Source of the DNA: Patescibacteria group bacterium
Lineage (GTDB): Bacteria > Patescibacteriota > Minisyncoccia > UBA6257 > 2-01-FULL-56-20
Reading direction: 5' to 3'
Assembly (NCBI GenBank): GCA_024654525.1
Contig: JANLHI010000030.1
Span: 2,886 to 66,885 of the forward strand
Length of the DNA: 64,000 nucleotides
Under the pieces are notes generated by a model. It saw nothing but the letters and a program-made list of their open reading frames with translations. It had not been told where the DNA came from and made no database searches. Positions 58,011 to 64,000 of the stretch are shown here, piece by piece. Made by a program: the position numbers and the translations under genes. Positions within the stretch are counted from its first letter, which is position 1. Every line of letters begins with the position of its first letter.

Positions 58011-58637
58011 ATGTCTAACAAGCAAAAAATTCTCTGGTTCTTGGTGGGGGTGGTGTTTACCGCCATTTTCTTTGTCCTTATATTTTTCCCCGAGTACAAC
58101 CAGTACGCGGTAAAGATCATTAATGATTATCCGGCGCTTGCGCCGCTTGTAATCATCACGTTTCGTTTTCTGGGAATCGTGCTTGCGCCGCTCCCGGGCG
58201 CGCCGGTAGCGTTCGCGAGCATCGCATTTCTACCGTGGCACACGGCGTGGTTCTATAACCTCATTGGCGTCGAGCTTGGCTCGGTGTGTGCGTTTTTCAT
58301 CGCGCGGAGATGGCGGGAACCGATTGCCGCAAAGTTCGCGCCGATTCAGAATCTCCATGCGTGGCAGGAAAAAATTTCGGAGAAGCGCCAATTTTGGGGG
58401 TTCGTCGCGCTTCGATTCATGTCTGCGGTCGTGGTGGATTTCTTAAGCTACGCTGCGGGGCTTTCCAAGATATCATTCCGCAACTTTCTCCTTGCGAGCG
58501 TGATTGTGGACGCACTCGCGAGTGTACCTTTCTTTTATCTTGGGAACATCGCGTTCGCATATGGTGTATATGCAATGGCTGGATTTGTCGTGCTCTTCGG
58601 CATTTTTTTCCTTGTTGTCAAATTTCGGAGACAATAA
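58011..58637 (+). CDS. DedA/VTT (TVP38/TMEM64) membrane protein
   Basis: APLPG, FFIAR, LR, SYAAGLS. Confidence 0.85.
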   Translation: MSNKQKILWFLVGVVFTAIFFVLIFFPEYNQYAVKIINDYPALAPLVIITFRFLGIVLAPLPGAPVAFASIAFLPWHTAWFYNLIGVELGSVCAFFIARRWREPIAAKFAPIQNLHAWQEKISEKRQFWGFVALRFMSAVVVDFLSYAAGLSKISFRNFLLASVIVDALASVPFFYLGNIAFAYGVYAMAGFVVLFGIFFLVVKFRRQ

Positions 58638-58644
58638 AAAATAC

Positions 58645-59229
58645 ATGCGCATCTATTTTATACGACACGGTGAAACCACGGGAGATGTGGAAAATCGCTA
58701 TGGCGGAAATTATGATGACCATTTGACCGAAAAGGGAAGACGACAAGCGGAAAAGCTTGCGGAAAAATTTGCAGGAGAAGGAATCGCGGTGATTTATTCA
58801 AGTCCTTTTTTTCGCGCAAAAGAAACCGCGGAAATTCTTGCGAAAAAACTGAATTGCTCCATCGTGGTGGTACCCGAGCTTCGAGAACGGAGTCAGTATG
58901 GCGTTCTTACGGGCATGGTCAAGAGTGATGCATGCGAGAGGTATCCAAGTCTAGTTGAGAAGGTAAAAGATAGGTTGAATATCATCGAAGGAGCTGAATC
59001 CTATGAAGATTTTAGTGTAAGGATCCAATCTTCCGTGCGTGAAATAATCTTCGATCAAGGACGCAGTGGTATTGCGATAGTGTGGCACGGCGGACCGATG
59101 AGAGTTCTTTTCCGCGAGGTTGTGGCGCGTCAGGAAATTGGGAAAATTGCCGATTGTGCATTTTTGGAGTGTGAAATAAAAAAAGAGAAGTGGATTATAC
59201 TTCGTCGCGAAGGTATTTCTTATTCATGA
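58645..59229 (+). CDS. Histidine phosphatase family protein
   Basis: RHGET, SSP..RA.ET, LRE, HGG. Confidence 0.92.
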   Translation: MRIYFIRHGETTGDVENRYGGNYDDHLTEKGRRQAEKLAEKFAGEGIAVIYSSPFFRAKETAEILAKKLNCSIVVVPELRERSQYGVLTGMVKSDACERYPSLVEKVKDRLNIIEGAESYEDFSVRIQSSVREIIFDQGRSGIAIVWHGGPMRVLFREVVARQEIGKIADCAFLECEIKKEKWIILRREGISYS

Positions 59230-59504
59230 AAATTCCAAACGTAAAAGTTCTTCAGGAATTGCGCATTATTCCCGGTGTAGGGAAGGAAATAGCCGAGGAT
59301 TTTTGGAATATAGGGATTCGGTCAGTGAAAGATTTGAAGAATAAGAATCCCGAAAAGCTCTATGAAAAGCTTTGCGCTTACGAAGGACGACATATAGACC
59401 GTTGTATGTTGTACGTGTTTCGGTGTGCGGTGTATTATGCATCGCATACGTGGCACAATCCGAAACGGCTACAGTGGTGGCATTGGAAGGATAAAAAACG
59501 ATGA
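59226..59504 (+). CDS. Helix-hairpin-helix protein (Cdd1/pathogenicity-locus-like)
   Basis: IPGVG, D.C.LYVFRCAV, WW.WKD. Confidence 0.82.
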   Translation: MKIPNVKVLQELRIIPGVGKEIAEDFWNIGIRSVKDLKNKNPEKLYEKLCAYEGRHIDRCMLYVFRCAVYYASHTWHNPKRLQWWHWKDKKR

Positions 59505-59520
59505 AAATTTAATTCTTTAT

Positions 59521-59787
59521 ATGGCAATAATCAAGAAAAAAATATGGCCAAAGTACTTTGATGCGGTTGCATCCGGAAAAAAGAGATTCGAGTTGCGTCT
59601 CAATGATTTTGAAGTGCGTGAGGGAGATGTGCTTATTCTTGAAGAATGGGACCCGAAAATAAAAGAATATACAGGAAAGAAAATAGAGAAGAAAGTATCC
59701 TATGTGCTGAAGTTTAAAACGGATGCATTGTTTTGGCCGGAGAGAGAGGTTGAGGAAAAAGGGTTGCAAGTTATTTCTTTTGAATAG
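59521..59787 (+). CDS. DUF3850 / ASCH-like protein
   Basis: KIWPKYF..V.SG.K.FELR..D...GD.L.L.EW...YTG. Confidence 0.85.
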   Translation: MAIIKKKIWPKYFDAVASGKKRFELRLNDFEVREGDVLILEEWDPKIKEYTGKKIEKKVSYVLKFKTDALFWPEREVEEKGLQVISFE

Positions 59788-59884
59788 AAGACTTTACCCG
59801 TTACACAATTCCATGGAATTGTGTAACGTGAAAGAATAATTGTATTGTGAGAGAATAGTGTGTGGTATAGGATAAATAAGAAAA

Positions 59885-60367
59885 ATGAAGAAAATCTTTA
59901 CACTTTGCGTTGTATTTCAGTCGTCCCGCGTGCTTTTGGGAATGAAAAAGCGTGGGTTTGGCGAAGGGCGTTGGAATGGATTTGGTGGCAAAATAAAAGA
60001 TGGAGAAACAATTGAAGAAGCAATGCGGCGCGAGATGCATGAAGAGGCGGGAGTGAAAATAGATTCTGCGGAGCATGTGGGTATTCTTGATTTTGAATTC
60101 TCCGAACAAGATGGGTCGGCTTCTCTCGGGGAAATTCTCACAGTCCATATTTTTCGAGTGGACAGCTTTACTGGCGAGCCGCGGGAGAGCGATGAGATGA
60201 AGCCTCAATGGTTTGACATTGCAGATGTTCCCTACGAAATAATGTGGCCTGATGATAAGTATTGGATGCCACTTCTCTTTGATGGGAAGAAGTTTCATGG
60301 GAAATTTGTGTTTGGCAAGGGAGATGTTGTGCGCGAGTATTCGATTGATGAAGTTCAAAAAATATGA
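59885..60367 (+). CDS. 8-oxo-dGTP diphosphatase (MTH1-like Nudix)
   Basis: KKRGFG.GRWNGFGGK, REMHEEAG, ESDEM.P.WF, MWPDD. Confidence 0.9.
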   Translation: MKKIFTLCVVFQSSRVLLGMKKRGFGEGRWNGFGGKIKDGETIEEAMRREMHEEAGVKIDSAEHVGILDFEFSEQDGSASLGEILTVHIFRVDSFTGEPRESDEMKPQWFDIADVPYEIMWPDDKYWMPLLFDGKKFHGKFVFGKGDVVREYSIDEVQKI

Positions 60368-60828
60368 GTATTCCAAAATTTATTCCAAAACCGGGACAGA
60401 TTGATTATACACATAGTAAGCGTGCCCCCGTCATTAATTGTCTTGTGGAGTTTGACGGGAGAATTTTATTGGTAAAAAGGAGCAAGGATTTATATTTTTA
60501 CCCGGGAATATGGAATGGCATTGGGGGATTTCTTGATGATGAAAAAAGTCCCGCCGAAAAAGCGAAAGAGGAGATTGAGGAAGAATTAAACATTTCTCCG
60601 GATAAAATTTTAAAAATAAATATAGGAGAAATATTCGAAATGACCGATGCTCGGTATGAAAAGACATGGATCATCCACCCTGTACATGCGGTAGTGGCGA
60701 CAGACAAAGTTCGGCTTGATTGGGAGGCGGAAGAATATCGTTGGATATTGCCGGAAGATATCTCAAAGTATGACAATGCTATGTCGGGATTGTCGGGAAT
60801 ACTGGATCAGTTTTTCAATATCCGTTGA
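60364..60828 (+). CDS. Nudix hydrolase
   Basis: YPG.W..IGG...EIEEEL, LDWE. Confidence 0.85.
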   Translation: MSIPKFIPKPGQIDYTHSKRAPVINCLVEFDGRILLVKRSKDLYFYPGIWNGIGGFLDDEKSPAEKAKEEIEEELNISPDKILKINIGEIFEMTDARYEKTWIIHPVHAVVATDKVRLDWEAEEYRWILPEDISKYDNAMSGLSGILDQFFNIR

Positions 60829-60905
60829 TTTTCAGGGGGATTCATCGAATTTCTTTTGAGTTCTGTGTGTAACTTTGATTGCAAGGTGTGTTTCCCCCTG
60901 TTAGA

Positions 60906-61580
60906 ATGGAAGGTATGATGGAAATTAAAAAAATGGGAGTGTTTTTTGCGGGAGTTGCATATGTCGCAACGGCAATTATTGTGGCGGCACAGGTGGATGT
61001 TAGGGTAACGACGACTACGGCGCAAGGAGAGGTCAATGCTCTTCGCGTTCAAGGAATGAATGCAAGGTTGGAAGACGCAAAAAAAGACAGAGAAGAAAAG
61101 ATAAGGGTGCAACGCGCAGAGTTTCAGGTAAGATTAAAGAAAATACAAGACGAAAAAAAGAAACAAGTTGCGGATACCTTGTTTGAGCGCTTGGAAACCC
61201 TTAATGAGAAGTGGACGACACATTTTTCCGATATGCTTGATAAATATGATTTGGTATTGAAAAAAGTCGGAGATCGTCGGGATACCGCGCTTGGAAAATC
61301 ATTAGATGTAGCATCGGTAACTTCGGCGATTCGAACGGCGAATGAAGCTATTCTTTCGGCGCGGAAAGCACTTGATGAGCAGGCAGAGAAAACATATTCG
61401 GTTGATATAACCACCGATGCAAAGCTTCGGGAAGCGTTTCAAAGTGCGCACGAAAGTCTTAAAAAAGATCTTATGGGTTTACGAGATACAAAAATAAGAG
61501 AGGCGCGGGAGGCGACTCATAACACAATACAGACACTTCGTAATATTCCAAAGCCGAGGAGTGATTCATCGTCGCAATAA
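60906..61580 (+). CDS. Secreted coiled-coil hypothetical protein
   Basis: Signal-like N-terminus, long helical charged body. Confidence 0.7.
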   Translation: MEGMMEIKKMGVFFAGVAYVATAIIVAAQVDVRVTTTTAQGEVNALRVQGMNARLEDAKKDREEKIRVQRAEFQVRLKKIQDEKKKQVADTLFERLETLNEKWTTHFSDMLDKYDLVLKKVGDRRDTALGKSLDVASVTSAIRTANEAILSARKALDEQAEKTYSVDITTDAKLREAFQSAHESLKKDLMGLRDTKIREAREATHNTIQTLRNIPKPRSDSSSQ

Positions 61581-61595
61581 TTATAGTTAATCTAT

Positions 61596-61895
61596 ATGCA
61601 AGAAAATAAAACAGCGTGGATTATTGCAGTGGTAGCTATCGTGGTTGCTGGGGGTATTGCATGGTGGTATGTCTCTGGTATGAATCCACAGACTATGGAG
61701 AAAAATCCGGTATCGGCGACACAGCCCGTACCCGAGAGTAGCAATGCCGAAGGAGGCGTGGTAGTAGAGACTCCTGCTTCAGTTAGCGAAGATTTGGATT
61801 CTCTTCAGAATGAGCTTGATGCGGTTAACTTCGGAGATGCGGATTTCCAAAGAGATATTAATACGCTTGATTCTGATATTCAGAACGGTTTCTAA
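61596..61895 (+). CDS. Single-TM acidic hypothetical protein
   Basis: N-terminal TM, acidic C-terminus. Confidence 0.7.
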   Translation: MQENKTAWIIAVVAIVVAGGIAWWYVSGMNPQTMEKNPVSATQPVPESSNAEGGVVVETPASVSEDLDSLQNELDAVNFGDADFQRDINTLDSDIQNGF

Positions 61896-61920
61896 TTTCT
61901 TGTTTTAGAAGGTGAGAAAA

Positions 61921-61956
61921 TACAGCCCCGCATTTTCACAAAAATGCGGGGCTGTA
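61921..61956. terminator. Hairpin terminator
   Basis: TACAGCCCCGCATTTT-caca-AAAATGCGGGGCTGTA. Confidence 0.7.
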
Positions 61957-61981
61957 TAAGTATGTGCGTTATCATTAGTGG

Positions 61982-63061
61982 ATGATGCGTATTATAGGAC
62001 ATCTTGATATGGATGCATTCTTTGCTTCAGTGGAAGAAAGGGATAATCCGCGCTTTACGGAGAGGCCCCTTGTGGTGGGATCGGATCCTAAAGGAGGAAA
62101 GGGACGTGGCGTGGTTTCGACTGCAAATTATAAGGCACGGGAATATGGTATTCACTCGGCAATGCCTATTTCCCGAGCGTGGCAACTTTCAGAAAATGCC
62201 AAAGCCGATGGGAACCCGGCAGTGGTTTTTTGTGAAACCGATGGGAAAAAATATGGAGAAGTGTCGTGTCGAGTAATGATGATTGTGAAGCGGTTTGTGG
62301 ATAGTGTGGAGCAGGCGAGTGTAGATGAGGCGTATTTCGATCTTTCTTTCACGGGGTCGTATGAAAATGCCCAGTACATTGCGCAACAAATAAAATTGGC
62401 AGTTTTACAGGAGGAAAGACTTACTGCGACAGTGGGAATCGGTCCCAACCGCCTTGTCGCAAAAATAGCGACAGAAATGAAAAAACCCAATGGACTTTCG
62501 GTTATTATGGAGGAAGATGCAGAACATGCGCTTGAATCGTTACCCATTCGCGTAATTCCCGGCATAGGTCCAAAAACAGAGTCTCTTTTTGCGCGAAAAG
62601 GAATTCGATTAGTTCGTGATGCTAAAAATCTTTCGCTTGAGGATATTTGCGCGTTATGTGGTGTGTGGGGTGAAAGACTTTATATGTATATGCGAGGCAA
62701 AGACGATGCTCCGGTTGGAGAGAAGGAAAATATTAAATCTTTGGGAGAACAGGAAACATTTGAAATCGATATGCATGATTGTGCATTCATACTGATGCGT
62801 CTTCAGTTACTCGCGCGCGCGGTCTTCGAGCGTTTCTCTTTTTCGGGATTCAGCGGGTTTAAACGTATAGTACTCACTGTGCGTTTTGGAGATTTTACAA
62901 CCGTTACCCGTTCTCATACGCTTGAGTACGTTGCATCCTCCGTTGATATACTTATATTCGAATCGATAAAAATGATTGCGCCTTTTTTTGATGCGCGCGA
63001 GAATCCCATGCGTAAATCGTTAAGGCTTGTGGGAATACGCATAGAAAAGTTATCATTATAA
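61982..63061 (+). CDS. dinB: DNA polymerase IV
   Basis: HLDMDAFFASVE, NY.AR.YG, SVDEAY, IPGIG, RLVGI. Confidence 0.95.
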   Translation: MMRIIGHLDMDAFFASVEERDNPRFTERPLVVGSDPKGGKGRGVVSTANYKAREYGIHSAMPISRAWQLSENAKADGNPAVVFCETDGKKYGEVSCRVMMIVKRFVDSVEQASVDEAYFDLSFTGSYENAQYIAQQIKLAVLQEERLTATVGIGPNRLVAKIATEMKKPNGLSVIMEEDAEHALESLPIRVIPGIGPKTESLFARKGIRLVRDAKNLSLEDICALCGVWGERLYMYMRGKDDAPVGEKENIKSLGEQETFEIDMHDCAFILMRLQLLARAVFERFSFSGFSGFKRIVLTVRFGDFTTVTRSHTLEYVASSVDILIFESIKMIAPFFDARENPMRKSLRLVGIRIEKLSL

Positions 63062-63069
63062 AAATCACT

Positions 63070-63597
63070 ATGGCATTTCGCGCATATTCCGAAAAATATC
63101 TTGCCGAATTTGTATATGGAGCAACGGATGGCACCGTAACCACCTTTGCGGTTGTTTCCGGGGTAGTGGGGGCACAACTTTCTCCCGCGATTGTATTTAT
63201 CCTCGGTATATCAAATGTACTTGCAGACGGGTTCTCTATGGCTTCTTCGAACTATCTGGCAGAAAAATCGGATCAGCAACTTGCTCGTGTTCCCACGGAA
63301 GGAGAAAAAGCTCCGCTTAAAACCGCTGCAATAACGTTTGTTTCGTTTATTGCGGTTGGTATGGTGCCTTTATTACCCTTCATTGCCGCTACTACATTAA
63401 AACTCTCTCCGGAGACTCAATTTTTGTATTCCGTCATCTTTACGGCGTGTGCGTTTATTACGATTGGCGCAATTCGCGGAGTAGTAACTAGAAAAAATAA
63501 ATTTCTTACCGCATTTGAAACACTTTTCATTGGTGCGATCGCAGCAGGAGTGGCATATGTAGTCGGATATTTTCTTCGTGGACTTACTGTAGTTTGA
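63070..63597 (+). CDS. VIT1/CCC1 transporter family protein
   Basis: VYGATDG, ADGFSMA.SNYL, PLLP. Confidence 0.9.
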   Translation: MAFRAYSEKYLAEFVYGATDGTVTTFAVVSGVVGAQLSPAIVFILGISNVLADGFSMASSNYLAEKSDQQLARVPTEGEKAPLKTAAITFVSFIAVGMVPLLPFIAATTLKLSPETQFLYSVIFTACAFITIGAIRGVVTRKNKFLTAFETLFIGAIAAGVAYVVGYFLRGLTVV

Positions 63598-63824
63598 TTT
63601 TTTTAACAAATTTTATTTATTTTATAAATAATTAAATTATTCTCTATTTTTTTATCAGCTGTGCATAACTTTCTCTGTACATGTAGGCACAAGGTTCTAC
63701 AATTTTAGTATGGTTGTAGAATTAAAAATTATTTCTGAAATTTTTCAGGCGGAATGATTTTATAAAAATTCAGTCGCCGCCGTTTAAAAGGTCGGTGTTT
63801 GTATGCGGTAAAATTTTTTTCACA

Positions 63825-63902
63825 ATGGCAAAAAAGAAAAAAGCAAAGAAGACTACGAAAAAGAAGACTACAAAGAAAGCAGGAAAGAAAAAGCGAGTCT
63901 AG
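63825..63902 (+). CDS. 25-aa lysine-rich peptide
   Basis: MAKKKKAKKTTKKKTTKKAGKKKRV*; followed by a terminator-like hairpin at about 63911-63964. Confidence 0.6.
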   Translation: MAKKKKAKKTTKKKTTKKAGKKKRV

Positions 63903-64000
63903 TATTTGCTCAAAAATCCCCGCTTTATATCTGTCGTTTGATGGATATGAATGCGGGGTTTTTGTTTGCAGAGGTGTGCGTGAATGTTGGCAAAGTGATA

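Overview
This window looks like Patescibacteria (CPR, Parcubacteria-like) chromosome using genetic code 11; the lineage is inferred from gene content and style only. Positions 1-~17990 are the right part of an integrative element that ends at the 3' end of tRNA-Arg(CCT). It carries a TIR plus membrane-effector pair, LexA, two DNA methyltransferases, terminase subunits with no portal or capsid visible, a type I R-M operon extended by an ABC-ATPase with an RxxxxH motif, a large serine recombinase and nuclease-like cargo. The rest is host backbone: a type IV pilus cluster, a two-component system, seven tRNA genes, rpmG, rplJL, a complete Liv ABC transporter, mraZ-rsmH-ftsL-ftsI-murF, tpiA, murB, hpf, secA, dinB and seven Nudix genes. 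The main signals missed by the ORF track are: (1) a compact 191-nt group I intron in tRNA-Thr(GGT); (2) a four-helix-bundle gene between inverted heptamer arrays, fused in frame to a pilin as its leader, with empty heptamer remnants across the window; (3) GIY-YIG genes behind tRNAs, one flanked by 65-bp palindromic direct repeats; (4) an integrase-less pair of attC-like cassettes; (5) two candidate structured ncRNAs upstream of murB. All product calls come from motif recognition by eye; no database searches were run.
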